From the NCBI GenBank assembly GCA_017308215.1, contig JAFKFQ010000258.1:23412-87411 (forward strand): a stretch of 64,000 nucleotides of DNA, given 5' to 3'. How positions within the stretch are numbered: the first letter of the stretch is position 1; the number at the start of each line of letters is the position of its first letter. The stretch comes from a bacterium. GTDB lineage: Bacteria; Planctomycetota; Planctomycetia; Gemmatales; Gemmataceae. A model generated the notes under the pieces. It saw only the letters and a program-made list of their open reading frames with translations. It had not been told where the DNA came from and ran no database searches. Shown piece by piece: positions 1-10,434 of the stretch. The translations under genes were made by a program, and so were the position numbers.

Positions 1-437
1 AAGAGGGGGACGGAAGGCGGTGGGTTGTGCCGGCGCAGCGAGCACTGCACGCAACACGGCTCGGCGGCGAGAGGCGAAACGCACGCGGGCAGGGCTTCGC
101 AGTCTGGGGCGACCGAGTCGCTGCTCGTCTGGGAGAGAACGGCATCTCCGCCCGTAACCCAGGGGCTCACGATCGGGCAGTCTTGTTCGTGCTCACCACC
201 GGCGGGAACAGAGCGGTCCAAACACGCGTCGCTTCGCGCCGTGCCCGAGTCTTCTGCATGAACGATAGCGTGACGACACTTCGAGTGGTGTCCAGCAGAG
301 CCGTGGCTCGAAGCCCTGTGCTCGGACTCGCGAGGAGTGAGTGGTGTCGTGTCTGCGGCGGAAGCTGCGCAAGTGCAAACCCTTGCGGGGATTTGCCCCG
401 TAACGAGCAGCACGACGAGCAGCAGCCGGAGCAGCAT
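1..437 (-). CDS. Cys/His-rich exported leader-type protein (leader 1), 3' end runs off the window
   Basis: Not in the ORF track; manual translation from ATG at 437: MLLRLLLVVLLVTGQIPARVCTCAAS...GEHEQDCP...HNPPPSVPL, open to the edge. N-terminus closely matches 20696..21148 (MLVRLLLAVLTVAGPVPIRVCTCA). Confidence 0.75.
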   Translation of the reverse strand, partial: MLLRLLLVVLLVTGQIPARVCTCAASAADTTPLTPRESEHRASSHGSAGHHSKCRHAIVHAEDSGTARSDACLDRSVPAGGEHEQDCPIVSPWVTGGDAVLSQTSSDSVAPDCEALPACVSPLAAEPCCVQCSLRRHNPPPSVPL

Positions 438-618
438 CGAAGCCCCCGAAACACCAGCATTATGCCTCGTAAAGCTCTCGGGTCAATACCGCGTGGTGAC
501 CTTGCGCTTACCTCGGCTGCGGTTCCGCGGGCCTGGTCCACCCCAGCATAGTGTTCGTCCCGACATCGGTGTAAGACCGGGTCGAGAAGCGACGGGATGA
601 CGCCAGCTAGGTTGGAGC

Positions 619-1023
619 GTGGGTACTTCGAAGAAGAAAAAGAAGCAGCGGCCGCGGAAGGAAACTCCGGAGCCGCTCCTCTCGCCGGGTCAGGATCTCC
701 TCGCCCGAGGCCTCGGCATTCTCGTCGTGTCGCTCCTGTTTATCATCTGGCTGGTCTCGCTTCGGCAGTACCACCGCCACGGCGTGGTTACTGTCGTTGA
801 CGCGCCGCATCAGACGCTGACCCTCCGCTTCGACTCGACGGGTGAGTGGTCGGTGTACACCTGGTCGGCGGGCACAAAGTTCTCGCACCGGGGAGTGCCG
901 GTGCGTCCGGAGTCGCTAGAGGACGGCACAGAGGTGGGGATCACGTTTCGGGGTAAAAAGTCGCCGTTTACCGCTCTTCGCGTCGAAGTGCTCGCCCGGC
1001 CAGAGGATTTTGGTCCCGCCTAG
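619..1023 (+). CDS. Hypothetical single-TM membrane-anchored protein with small beta-rich (OB-like) exported domain
   Basis: Lys-rich N-terminus, TM segment GLGILVVSLLFIIWLVSL, then a beta-strand pattern. Confidence 0.55.
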   Translation: MGTSKKKKKQRPRKETPEPLLSPGQDLLARGLGILVVSLLFIIWLVSLRQYHRHGVVTVVDAPHQTLTLRFDSTGEWSVYTWSAGTKFSHRGVPVRPESLEDGTEVGITFRGKKSPFTALRVEVLARPEDFGPA

Positions 1024-1139
1024 GTCTTTCCCCGAGGGCAGAATGAGTACTTCACAAGCCCGCCTGCATCTGATTATCCGCTGAGCTGGGCCGTCTAAGT
1101 GCCGGATGGTCTGCTTGGCTGAGAGCAGACATTTGGTGT

Positions 1140-1592
1140 ATGGACCCCCGTATGACTCACGTCCGCAGGATTTTCCCTTGGCTCTGTGCCGCCGCGCTGC
1201 TCTTCTCCGGGGCAGTCGGGCGTGGTGTTGTCCTGTGCTTTGAGTCAGACGGGAATGTCCGGTTCGAGGCCGCCGACGCGTCCGGGCGATGCCTGGAAGG
1301 CGAGGCGACGGTGAGCCACCCGGAGAGTGACCGCTGCGCCACGATCTCTTCGGCCGCCGGGCATCTCGGGGGCTGCGAGGACGTGAGCGTGTCACGCGAC
1401 TCCGTGCAGCCTACATCTCTCGGCCTCGAAGCCGCGCTCGTCCTGCCCACACTTCTGTTCGATGCGGCGGTCGCCTTGTGCGAAGTCCCTGTTGAATTCG
1501 TGCGGTACGTGAAAAACTCTCGATCGCTTCCCCCGCCGTCCATGCTGTCTGACGTGAACGCGATCCGGAAGACAGTGACTCTCCTCATCTGA
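1140..1592 (+). CDS. Exported Cys-containing leader-type protein (leader 2; CzcI-like position)
   Basis: Signal-like N-terminus, several Cys, PPP, C-terminus RKTVTLLI*; 114 nt upstream of czcC. Confidence 0.75.
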   Translation: MDPRMTHVRRIFPWLCAAALLFSGAVGRGVVLCFESDGNVRFEAADASGRCLEGEATVSHPESDRCATISSAAGHLGGCEDVSVSRDSVQPTSLGLEAALVLPTLLFDAAVALCEVPVEFVRYVKNSRSLPPPSMLSDVNAIRKTVTLLI

Positions 1593-1706
1593 TCCCGTTG
1601 TTTCCTGCTGTTCATCGGTGCGGGCTCGCCGCCTGCTTCCGATTCCATGCGCCGATAACTGTCGGGCGTGTTCGCCCAATTAACCAGAAACCATCGAACG
1701 TACGCC

Positions 1707-3062
1707 ATGAAGACACGACTCTTGCTTCTCGGACTGCTGCTCCCGATCCACCTTGGGCTAGGAGCAGCCCACGCAATCACGTCCAACGACGCGCAACCCG
1801 GCGAGCCTGACCCAACGGCCGACGTGCCGCACGACGACTCGCCCCACGAGGAGCCTGCACCGCCGCCGGACATCTCGGGCGAGGTGACGCTCCGCGACGT
1901 GCTCGCGGCGACGCTAACAAGCAGTCCGCGTCTCCGGGCGTACTCGTGGGAGGTGAGGTCGAGCGACGCGAAGGTGCTCCAGGCCGGCCTCCGCCCGAAC
2001 CCCGAGCTGTCGATCAACCCCGAGAACTTCGTCGGGTCCGGGGCGTTCGGGAATCAGGTCCAGTACCAGAACACGCTGCAACTGAGTCAACTGGTCGAGC
2101 TGGGTGACAAGCGGGAGCTCCGGAGGGAGGCCGCTTCAGCCACCCTGGACCGGACGCGGATGGAGTACGAGTCGGCACGGGTCGAGGTGCTCGGCGCGGC
2201 GACGATCGATTTCATCGACCTCGTGGCGGCTCAGGAGGATGTCCGCATCGCGAAGCTCGCCGTCGCACAGGCGGAGGAGTTAGTAAAGGCCGTCGACCAA
2301 CGGACCAAAGCGACCATCGGATCGCCGCTTGAGGGGAAGCGAGCGCGGATAGTCATGGCCCGCTCGAAGAACGCTCACTCCGAGGCGGTGCGTTCTCTTC
2401 AAGCCGCCAAGCAGAAGCTCGCAGCGAACTGGGGAAGCCGCGGGCCGGGCGTGCGGTCGGCCTCGGGCGACCTGTTTACAACTCACCCGCTGCCACCCCT
2501 TGATCAGTTACTTGCCCAGGCCGAGTCCGCTCCGGAGCGGCGGGTGGCGTCTGCCGAGGAGAAGGTGCGTGCGGCAGAAGCGGCGCTCGCCCGCTCGCGG
2601 CGGGTTTCGGACGTGACTGTATCGGGCGCGTGGCGAACGGGGCGGAACTGGGACGACCAAGCGGTGGTCGCCGGGGTGAGCTTCCCCTTGAAGATTTTCG
2701 ACCGCGCACAAGGCGACATTGCCGCCTCCGACGCGCAGGTCGAGAAGTCGAAGGCGGAGACCGTCACTGTGGACGTCCGCCTTCAGGCGGCAGTCTTTGC
2801 GCTCTACCAGGAGATTGTCCAAGCGAAGGACGTAACGGAGGGGATGGCAAGAGAGATCGTCCCGCGCGCAGAAGAAGCGATGGGAATTGCAAAGAGCGGA
2901 TTCGCCCAAGGGATTTACACGCAACTCGACCTCCTCGACACCCAGCGGACGCTCGTCGAGGTCCGTCGGGAGCATTTGCTAGCCGGCGCGAAGTACCACC
3001 GCCTTGTTGCCGAAGTCGAGCGGTTGCTCGGAACACCACTGAATTCACACGGGAGGAAATGA
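1707..3062 (+). CDS. czcC: Outer membrane efflux protein, TolC/CzcC family
   Basis: Signal peptide MKTRLLLL; QAGLRPNPEL and FPLKIFDRAQG motifs; first gene of a C-B-A cluster. Confidence 0.9.
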   Translation: MKTRLLLLGLLLPIHLGLGAAHAITSNDAQPGEPDPTADVPHDDSPHEEPAPPPDISGEVTLRDVLAATLTSSPRLRAYSWEVRSSDAKVLQAGLRPNPELSINPENFVGSGAFGNQVQYQNTLQLSQLVELGDKRELRREAASATLDRTRMEYESARVEVLGAATIDFIDLVAAQEDVRIAKLAVAQAEELVKAVDQRTKATIGSPLEGKRARIVMARSKNAHSEAVRSLQAAKQKLAANWGSRGPGVRSASGDLFTTHPLPPLDQLLAQAESAPERRVASAEEKVRAAEAALARSRRVSDVTVSGAWRTGRNWDDQAVVAGVSFPLKIFDRAQGDIAASDAQVEKSKAETVTVDVRLQAAVFALYQEIVQAKDVTEGMAREIVPRAEEAMGIAKSGFAQGIYTQLDLLDTQRTLVEVRREHLLAGAKYHRLVAEVERLLGTPLNSHGRK

Positions 3063-4132
3063 TGAAACGGACAACTATTCGAGCGTGGCTTGCGGCAGGC
3101 TGCGTCGCGCTCCTCGCAACCCAGTTGCAACTGCTGAGCATCACCGCCGTGGCCGAGCCCGACGCGCAGTGCGGCACGAAGGCGTGTTCTTCAACCAAGG
3201 ACGCTCATGGTCATGACGAGGGCGAAGGGGAGGAGGGGCACGATCATGGCGACGAGAAGGCGCATGGAGCGGAGAAGGAGCGCGGCGGCGAAGAGAAGGG
3301 ACACGGCGACGAAGAGGAAACCCTGAAGCTCTCGCAGGACGTACTGAAGGAGTTCGGGATTCGCATCGCCACCGCGGCTCCTGCGAAACTAAACCTCACG
3401 CTCACCCTGACCGGAAAGCTCGTTCCGCACGAGGACCGCGTCGCCCATGTCACCTCGCGCTACCCCGGCGTCATCCGGGAGGTGAGGAAGCGCCTCGGCG
3501 ATCCGGTTGCTCGCGGGGAAACGGTGGTCGTCGTCGAGAACAACCAGACACTCCAGCCGTTTGAGGTGAAGTCGCAGATCCCGGGCATCATCGTCCGTCG
3601 TCACGCGATCATCGGAGAATCGGTGAGCGACACGTCGAGCCTGTTCGACATCGCGGACTACAGCGAGCTGTTCGCCGACTTCTTCGTCTTTCCGGCCGAC
3701 CACAACAAGGTGCGGCTCGGCCAGCGGGTGCTCGTCCGTATTCAAGGGCAGCCCACGGTCGAGTCGACGATCTCTTTCCTTTCACCGATCACGGACACGG
3801 ATACACAGTCTCGTTTCGTCCGCGCCGTCCTGACAAACCCCGCTGGTGCGTACCAGGCGGGCATGTTCGTCACGGGGGACATCGTGCTGGAGGAGAGGAG
3901 TGCTGCGGTCGCGGTCGACAATTCCGCGCTCCGCACGAACGAGGGCAAGCCAGCGATCTTCATCGAGGAAGAGCCCGGGCACTTCGAGACGCGAGCCGTG
4001 TTCACTGGGCGAAAAGACAAGGACAACACGGAGATTCTCTCCGGGCTGAAAGCCGGTGAGCGGTACGCGGCTGGGAACACCTTCATCCTTCAGGCCGAGA
4101 AGGAGAAGGGCGAAGCGGAACACGCACACTGA
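3059..4132 (+). CDS. czcB: RND periplasmic adaptor (CzcB-like) with His/Glu-rich N-terminal region
   Basis: ATG overlaps the czcC stop; HGHDEGEGEEGHDHG; MFP motifs (SRYPGVI, GMFVTG, EILSGL). Confidence 0.9.
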   Translation: MMKRTTIRAWLAAGCVALLATQLQLLSITAVAEPDAQCGTKACSSTKDAHGHDEGEGEEGHDHGDEKAHGAEKERGGEEKGHGDEEETLKLSQDVLKEFGIRIATAAPAKLNLTLTLTGKLVPHEDRVAHVTSRYPGVIREVRKRLGDPVARGETVVVVENNQTLQPFEVKSQIPGIIVRRHAIIGESVSDTSSLFDIADYSELFADFFVFPADHNKVRLGQRVLVRIQGQPTVESTISFLSPITDTDTQSRFVRAVLTNPAGAYQAGMFVTGDIVLEERSAAVAVDNSALRTNEGKPAIFIEEEPGHFETRAVFTGRKDKDNTEILSGLKAGERYAAGNTFILQAEKEKGEAEHAH

Positions 4133-4148
4133 GCGAGGCGAAGAAAAT

Positions 4149-7100
4149 ATGCTTGAACGGGTCCTTCACTTCTCAATCCATCACCGCCTCCTGGTCATCC
4201 TGCTCACGGTCGGTGCCGCGCTCGTCGGCGTCGAGTCCCTGCTCCGGCTGCCCATCGACGCGGTGCCGGACATCACGAACAACCAGGTGCAGATTAACAC
4301 CGTGTTCCCCGCGTTCTCGCCGCCCGAGGTCGAGAAGCAGATCACGTTCCCGGTCGAGACCGCGCTCTCGGGCATCCCCGGGCTTTCGTACACGCGGTCG
4401 CTGTCGCGGAACGGCTTCTCGCAGGTGACGGCGGTGTTCGACGACGCCGTGGACATCTACTTCGCGCGGCAGCAGGTGAACGAGCGGCTGAGCGAGGCGC
4501 GGGCCGCACTCCCGCCTGGGGCTGACCCGAAGATGGGGCCGATCTCCACGGGGCTCGGCGAGATCTACATGTGGGTCGTCGAATACGCCGAGGTGGATCA
4601 GCGGAGTGTGGCCCCGGAGGTGGGGCCGCAATCGGACGGATCTTACCGCACGCCCGAGGGGCGGACGCTTCGGTCTCCTCTCGAAAAGGCCGCCTACCTT
4701 CGCGAACTCCAGGACTGGGTCATCCGCCCGCAACTAAAGACGGTCACGGGCGTTGCCGGGGTGGATGCGATCGGCGGCTACCTCAAGCACTACGTCGTTC
4801 AGCCCGACCCCGCCAAACTGGTGGCGTTCGGCGTGTCCCTCGACGACATCCTCACGGCCCTTGAGCGGAACAGCCAGAGCACCGGGGCGGGGTACATCGA
4901 GCAACGGGGTGAGTCCTACGTGGTCCGCTCCTCCGGGCTGCTCCGGAACGAGGAGGAGATCGGGGGCGTGGTGGTGCAGGAGCGAAAAGGCATTCCAGTC
5001 CGCGTGAGGGACGTGGGCGACGTGGTCCTCGGCTCCGAGCTCCGCACCGGGTCGGCGAGCGAGAACGGCGAAGAGGTCGTCGTCGGCACCGCGCTCATGC
5101 TCATCGGGGAGAACAGCCGCACGGTCGCGAAGGCGGTCGACGCGAAGCTCGCCCAGGTGAACAAGTCGCTTCCGTTCGGCGTCCGCGCGAAGCCCGTTCT
5201 GAACCGCACCAAGCTGGTCGACGCCACCATCAAGACGGTCGAGAGGAACCTGACGGAGGGGGCGATCCTGGTGATCGTTGTCCTCTTCGCCCTCTTGGGC
5301 AATATCCGCGCGGCGCTCATCACCGCGCTCGCGATTCCTCTCTCGATGTTCCTCACGGCCATCGGGATGGTGCAGGGGCGGGTGAGCGGGAACCTGATGA
5401 GCCTCGGTGCCATCGACTTCGGGCTCATCGTGGACGGGGCCGTGATCATCGTCGAGAACTGCGTCCGCCGACTCGCCGAGCGACAACACGAACTTGGGCG
5501 GACGCTCACACTCGCCGAACGGCTTGACACGGTCTACGAGGCGAGCCGCGAGGTGCGCGGGGCGACGGCCTTCGGGGAGGCGATCATCATCACGGTCTAC
5601 ATCCCGATCCTCTTCCTCACCGGGGTCGAGGGGAAGATGTTCCAGCCGATGGCGATCACCGTCATCCTCGCACTATGCGGGGCGTTTGTGCTCTCGCTCA
5701 CGTTCATCCCCGCAATGGTCGCGCTCGGCCTTTCGGGGAAGATCACGGAGAAAGAGAACTTCTTCATCCGGGTGCTGAAACGGGGCTACGAGCCGGCACT
5801 GCGTGTAAGCCTAAGGGCGTCCTGGGCGGTTGTTGCCGTCGCGACGGTTGCGTTTCTCGGGTCGCTGCTTCTATTCCGTACGCTCGGGCAGGAGTTCGTC
5901 CCGACGCTGGACGAGAAGGACATCGCACTGCACGCGCTCCGCATGCCGCGTACCGGGCTCACGCAATCGCAGGACATGCAGTTCGCCGTCGAGCGAGCTG
6001 TTAGCCGGCAGCCGGAGGTAGCCTTTGTGTTCTCGAAGACGGGGACAGCGGAACTCGCGGCTGACCCGATGCCACCGAACGTGTCCGACACCTTCATCAT
6101 TCTGAAGCCGCAAGCGGAGTGGCCGACCCCGGACCTTCCGAAGGCGGATCTCGTCAAGCGCATCCAGGCCGAGGTGGAAAAACTTCCGGGGAACAACTAC
6201 GAGTTCACGCAACCAATCCAAATGCGGTTCAACGAGCTCATTGCGGGAGTCCGCAGCGATGTCGCGGTCAAGCTCTTCGGAGATGACTACGAGAGCATGC
6301 TCCCGGTGGCGCAGCAGATCTACACCCTTCTCCGAAAGGTGCCTGGAGCGAACGACGTGCGGGTCGAGCAGGTCTCCGGGCTCCCGATGCTCGACGTCGC
6401 GGTCAAGCGACAGGAGGCATCCCGACTCGGGCTCGACGTGAGGGATGTACAGGATGTCGTGGCGACCGCGGTCGGTGGACGCGAGGCGGGCTTCGTTTTC
6501 GAGGGCGATCGCCGCTTCAACCTCCTCGTCCGCCTGCCGGAGACCTTGCGCGCGGACCTGGAGCAGCTAAAGAGGCTTCCGGTCCCGCTCTCGAAATCAG
6601 AGCAGAGCGACGAGGATGGTGCGCTCGCACTCGGTGACCACCCTCCCGGGTTCGTCCCGCTGGAGTCGGTCGCCGAACTGAGCCTCGTCGACGGCCCCAA
6701 CCAGATCAGCCGCGAAAACGGAAAACGCCGCATCGTGATCCAGGCGAACGTCCGCGGACGGGATCTTGGAAGCTTCGTAGCGGAGGCTCAGGCGGCCATC
6801 GACACGCAGGTGAAGCTCCCCTCCGGGTACTGGATGACGTGGGGAGGGCAGTTCGAGAACCTGACTGCGGCGAAGAAGCGGCTCACCATCGTGGTGCCGG
6901 TATGCTTCTTCATGATCTTCCTGCTGCTCTTCAGCACCTTCGGGTCGGTGCGCCAAGCGTTCATGGTCTTTAGCGCGGTGCCGCTCGCGCTCTCGGGCGG
7001 GATCGTGTCGCTCTGGGCGTGCGGGCTGCCGTTCTCGATCTCGGCCGCGGTGGGCTTCATCGCGCTCTCGGGTGTCGCGGTGCTGAACGGGCTCGTGATG

Positions 7101-7394
7101 GTCTCGTTCATCAACGGCCTGGTTGCCCAGGGGGTGAGGCGGGACGTGGCGATCGTGAACGGCTCGCTCACGCGCCTCCGGCCGGTGATGATGACTGCGG
7201 TTGTCGCCGCCCTCGGTTTCGTCCCGATGGCGCTCGCAACAGGTACCGGGGCCGAGGTGCAGCGGCCGCTCGCGATCGTTGTCATCGGCGGCATCGTGAC
7301 TTCGACCGCGCTCACGCTCTTCGTGCTTCCCGCGCTCTACCGCCTCATCATGAAGGACAAGCAAGCGACACCGAGCGAGGAGGTGCCCGCATGA
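4149..7394 (+). CDS. czcA: Heavy-metal efflux RND permease CzcA/CusA family
   Basis: [16 protein letters not shown]4 [35 protein letters not shown]. Confidence 0.95.
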   Translation: MLERVLHFSIHHRLLVILLTVGAALVGVESLLRLPIDAVPDITNNQVQINTVFPAFSPPEVEKQITFPVETALSGIPGLSYTRSLSRNGFSQVTAVFDDAVDIYFARQQVNERLSEARAALPPGADPKMGPISTGLGEIYMWVVEYAEVDQRSVAPEVGPQSDGSYRTPEGRTLRSPLEKAAYLRELQDWVIRPQLKTVTGVAGVDAIGGYLKHYVVQPDPAKLVAFGVSLDDILTALERNSQSTGAGYIEQRGESYVVRSSGLLRNEEEIGGVVVQERKGIPVRVRDVGDVVLGSELRTGSASENGEEVVVGTALMLIGENSRTVAKAVDAKLAQVNKSLPFGVRAKPVLNRTKLVDATIKTVERNLTEGAILVIVVLFALLGNIRAALITALAIPLSMFLTAIGMVQGRVSGNLMSLGAIDFGLIVDGAVIIVENCVRRLAERQHELGRTLTLAERLDTVYEASREVRGATAFGEAIIITVYIPILFLTGVEGKMFQPMAITVILALCGAFVLSLTFIPAMVALGLSGKITEKENFFIRVLKRGYEPALRVSLRASWAVVAVATVAFLGSLLLFRTLGQEFVPTLDEKDIALHALRMPRTGLTQSQDMQFAVERAVSRQPEVAFVFSKTGTAELAADPMPPNVSDTFIILKPQAEWPTPDLPKADLVKRIQAEVEKLPGNNYEFTQPIQMRFNELIAGVRSDVAVKLFGDDYESMLPVAQQIYTLLRKVPGANDVRVEQVSGLPMLDVAVKRQEASRLGLDVRDVQDVVATAVGGREAGFVFEGDRRFNLLVRLPETLRADLEQLKRLPVPLSKSEQSDEDGALALGDHPPGFVPLESVAELSLVDGPNQISRENGKRRIVIQANVRGRDLGSFVAEAQAAIDTQVKLPSGYWMTWGGQFENLTAAKKRLTIVVPVCFFMIFLLLFSTFGSVRQAFMVFSAVPLALSGGIVSLWACGLPFSISAAVGFIALSGVAVLNGLVMVSFINGLVAQGVRRDVAIVNGSLTRLRPVMMTAVVAALGFVPMALATGTGAEVQRPLAIVVIGGIVTSTALTLFVLPALYRLIMKDKQATPSEEVPA

Positions 7395-7867
7395 AGAAGG
7401 GAGCTCCTTTCGCCTTCAAGGCGCTGCTCCATGCGGCGCTTCTCTCGCTCGCTGGCTGCGTCCTGTTCGGCCGCGACCAGTTCTCGGCCGGGGTGTATCG
7501 CATGGAGACGGCCGGCGTCATCGGCTGCGAGGTGGCGGCCACAGCAGTCGAGCGGGAAGGGAAGTTGCGACTCGACGGGTTCATCCGAGGGGCACGGCTT
7601 ACCGGACCGGCCGAGGGTGAGGTGGAGGTCAGGCTTCGAACCCCCGACGGGAAGCAAAAATCCGTAGGGCGGTTTCCGCTTCGGCTCGTGAACCACCGGC
7701 GGACGAGCCACTCGCACCCACGGTTCGAAGCGGTTCTCCAGGAAGTGCCGCCGCCCGGAATAGTCGTCATGTTCGTGCCGACGTTTTCACTCTGCACCCC
7801 GGTCGCAGTGAACGAAACGGCTAGCGAGAGGGAGATTCGGAAGAAGCGGGAGCTCGAATCGCAGTGA
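7391..7867 (+). CDS. Putative lipoprotein
   Basis: ATGA overlap with czcA; lipobox LAGC; HRRTSHSH motif. Confidence 0.65.
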   Translation: MKKGAPFAFKALLHAALLSLAGCVLFGRDQFSAGVYRMETAGVIGCEVAATAVEREGKLRLDGFIRGARLTGPAEGEVEVRLRTPDGKQKSVGRFPLRLVNHRRTSHSHPRFEAVLQEVPPPGIVVMFVPTFSLCTPVAVNETASEREIRKKRELESQ

Positions 7868-8712
7868 AGGAGAATGGGTTCAAAGTCATTCAGGGAAACG
7901 CTCAGCTGAACGGAGCGGAGAAGTGGGCCGGCGCGAAACGGGCCGGTTCGTCACTTGGGAGTAGTGAAGGGGACTTCGCACCGCCGGTCCTGGGAATCGT
8001 TTTCCAACCAGCCGTCCCCAAGAAGCGGAGGGGATTCCGAAGCTGGCGACTGTGGCTGGTTCCGGTACTTCTGCTGTTCGGTGCTGTCGGCTACCAGATG
8101 GGAACCGAGTCAACGTACTTCACGAGCTACGCGGCAAACGCCATCTTCCGGAACAACTTCCATGCGGTCGTTCCTGGCCGACTGTACCGCTCGGCACAGA
8201 TGTCCAGGGACGAACTGATCGACACGATTCGGAAACACGGGATCAAAACGGTGATCGATCTGCGGCTGAATGACGACGCCCCGGACGAGACCGGCTTTAC
8301 CGAAGCAGCCGCCGCACGGCAGGCCGGGGCGGCGTACCGCCATATCCCGTTTTCAAGTTCGAGAATGGATCAGCGGGAGAGTTTGCTCGCGCTGATGGCG
8401 ACATACCGCGAGGCGAAAGGACCGATTCTGGTTCACTGCTCAAGCGGCACCCACCGCGCCGGTGTGGCGTCTGCTATCTGGCTGATCGAACAAGCCGGCA
8501 GATCACCTGCGGAAGCTGCCGAGCAGTTGACTCTCAAGTACGGCTTCTTCCAACCCGAGCGAGATCTGAAAGCCTACTTCCAAGGACGCCCGACGCTCGA
8601 TCGTGCAATCCGTGACTACGCAGCCGTCCGTCGGGAGCGGGGGATCTCGTTCTGGGACTGGGTCAACTCGTCCGTGCTCTTCGACAGGGATCCGCCGAGT
8701 AGGTCTCGCTGA
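7864..8712 (+). CDS. Membrane-anchored tyrosine/dual-specificity phosphatase family protein
   Basis: LYRSAQ, GIKTVIDLR, CX5R loop VHCSSGTHRAG; one TM helix. Confidence 0.85.
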   Translation: MKENGFKVIQGNAQLNGAEKWAGAKRAGSSLGSSEGDFAPPVLGIVFQPAVPKKRRGFRSWRLWLVPVLLLFGAVGYQMGTESTYFTSYAANAIFRNNFHAVVPGRLYRSAQMSRDELIDTIRKHGIKTVIDLRLNDDAPDETGFTEAAAARQAGAAYRHIPFSSSRMDQRESLLALMATYREAKGPILVHCSSGTHRAGVASAIWLIEQAGRSPAEAAEQLTLKYGFFQPERDLKAYFQGRPTLDRAIRDYAAVRRERGISFWDWVNSSVLFDRDPPSRSR

Positions 8713-10418
8713 TGCATCGGTCGGCCGCTTCTCCGGAGAGCTTTGCTCGCACCAGCCTGCCGGCAGTCGGCGCGCTCCTCGTTGTCTGTGTGCTCCGCGG
8801 GATGACGCTCGATTTTCCGGACCTGCTCGATCCGACTGAGGGAAGGTACGCGTTTATCGCGCAGCAGATGAACGTGGACCGCAATTGGCTGACCCCCCAC
8901 GTGTCTCTCTCTGGTGAGGTCGTGCCGTATCTGGGGAAGCCGCCGTTTCACTTCTGGCTGACCGCTGCGTTCTTCTCAGTCTTCGGGTTCGACGAGTGGG
9001 CAGCGAGGATGCCGAGTTTCCTCTCGTTCGTGTTTCTCTGCTGGTGCGTGTGGCGAGTCGCCCGGTTGCTCATCTCGCGAGACGCGGGACTCGTTGCAAT
9101 GCTGGTTTTCTCTTCGACCATCCTCGGATTCTTCTTCGGCGGGGCCTCCATCGTGGACTTCACCCTCGCCGCCTGCGTCGGCGGGTCACTGACTGCCTTT
9201 GCCCACTTTTCGGTGCAGAGCGGGTCGTCTCGGTCCTTCTTGCATGGACTGCTGGTATTCGTCGCGGCCGCGCTGGGGTTCATGACGAAGGGGCCTGTCG
9301 CGCTCGCCCTCGTGGCGATCCCGGTGGTGGGCTGGTCGGTCGCAAGCAGGAATTGGACGCCGATTCGATCGCTGCCGTGGGTCGCTGGGATGGCTGCGTT
9401 CCTGGTGCTCACGCTGCCGTGGTTCTACCTCTCCGAACGCGTGAACCCGGGGTTCACTCGCTACTTCTTCCTCCAGGAGAACGTCGGCCGCTTCCTCTTC
9501 TCTGACTACGGCGACAGATACGGGCTGGGGCACCGGAAGCCGTACGGCACGATTTGGCTTCTGTACACTCTGGGTTGCTTGCCGTGGACGCCGCTCGTCG
9601 TGAGAGAGGTTCTCGCGAGACGACGGGGGAAGACACCGCTTTCGATGAACGTCCGGAGCGCGTTCACCTTCGTCCTCCTCTGGGCGGCCGCTCCGCTGGT
9701 GATCTTTACCTTCGCCCGGCAGCTCCTCGTCACCTACGCAATTCCAGGCCTCGCGGGCTTCTCGTTGTTGGCGGCGGCATTCCTGTCGAGTGCGGACGTT
9801 TCTCCCACGCTGCGACGCTGGCTGCGGGGCGGTGTGAGCTGGGCTCCCGCCGTGGGTCTGCTTGTCGCCGCCGCCTACTTCGCACTCGGCGACGATCCGC
9901 ACGTGTCGCCGGTCGCGCTCGTACCGCTGGCGTCGCTTCTCGCGATTCCGATTCTCCTTCGCAGCAACCCCGGGGCGTCCCAGCCGAACTTGATCGCGGC
10001 GTTTGCCGCCTGCTTCGTGTCGCTGTTCGCCTTCTCTCTGATCCTCCTCGAAGCGCCCATCAGCCAGCGATACTCAGCGAAGCCCATCCTCCAATGCCTA
10101 GCCCGCTACTCCCCGGCTTCGTTGTCGGCTGTCGGTGTCCTCAGCAACCGGAGCAACTCCTCCTCGTACGTCTACGGTCGGGCGGACTCGGGCAAGGATG
10201 AGCGGCCACTCGCCGTGGTTCCGGTCAACTCGTTCATGCACGAAGGGACGACGCCGAAGGACTTGATTGTCTCGCGGCAGGTCGGTGCCGCGCAGAGCGA
10301 GGCGATCCCCGACAACTACTCGCTTGTCCTCAGCCTCGGCGCGTGGTCGTGGGCGAGCACCAGCGGCATTCGGATCAACCGCGAGGACTGCCCGGTAAGC
10401 GAAGGCGAGCGGGGGTAA
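8712..10418 (+). CDS. ArnT/PMT-like GT-C membrane glycosyltransferase
   Basis: DPTEGRY, GKPP, EWAARMPS, FMTKGPV motifs; many TM helices. Confidence 0.85.
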   Translation: MHRSAASPESFARTSLPAVGALLVVCVLRGMTLDFPDLLDPTEGRYAFIAQQMNVDRNWLTPHVSLSGEVVPYLGKPPFHFWLTAAFFSVFGFDEWAARMPSFLSFVFLCWCVWRVARLLISRDAGLVAMLVFSSTILGFFFGGASIVDFTLAACVGGSLTAFAHFSVQSGSSRSFLHGLLVFVAAALGFMTKGPVALALVAIPVVGWSVASRNWTPIRSLPWVAGMAAFLVLTLPWFYLSERVNPGFTRYFFLQENVGRFLFSDYGDRYGLGHRKPYGTIWLLYTLGCLPWTPLVVREVLARRRGKTPLSMNVRSAFTFVLLWAAAPLVIFTFARQLLVTYAIPGLAGFSLLAAAFLSSADVSPTLRRWLRGGVSWAPAVGLLVAAAYFALGDDPHVSPVALVPLASLLAIPILLRSNPGASQPNLIAAFAACFVSLFAFSLILLEAPISQRYSAKPILQCLARYSPASLSAVGVLSNRSNSSSYVYGRADSGKDERPLAVVPVNSFMHEGTTPKDLIVSRQVGAAQSEAIPDNYSLVLSLGAWSWASTSGIRINREDCPVSEGERG

Positions 10419-10434
10419 ATGCCTTGGACTGGAA

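Noticed and set aside
167-541. 124-aa Cys-rich ORF (CCSGCCSSCC) in the ORF track
   Set aside because: Shifted frame of the leader gene at <1..437, which has a clear paralog in the window.
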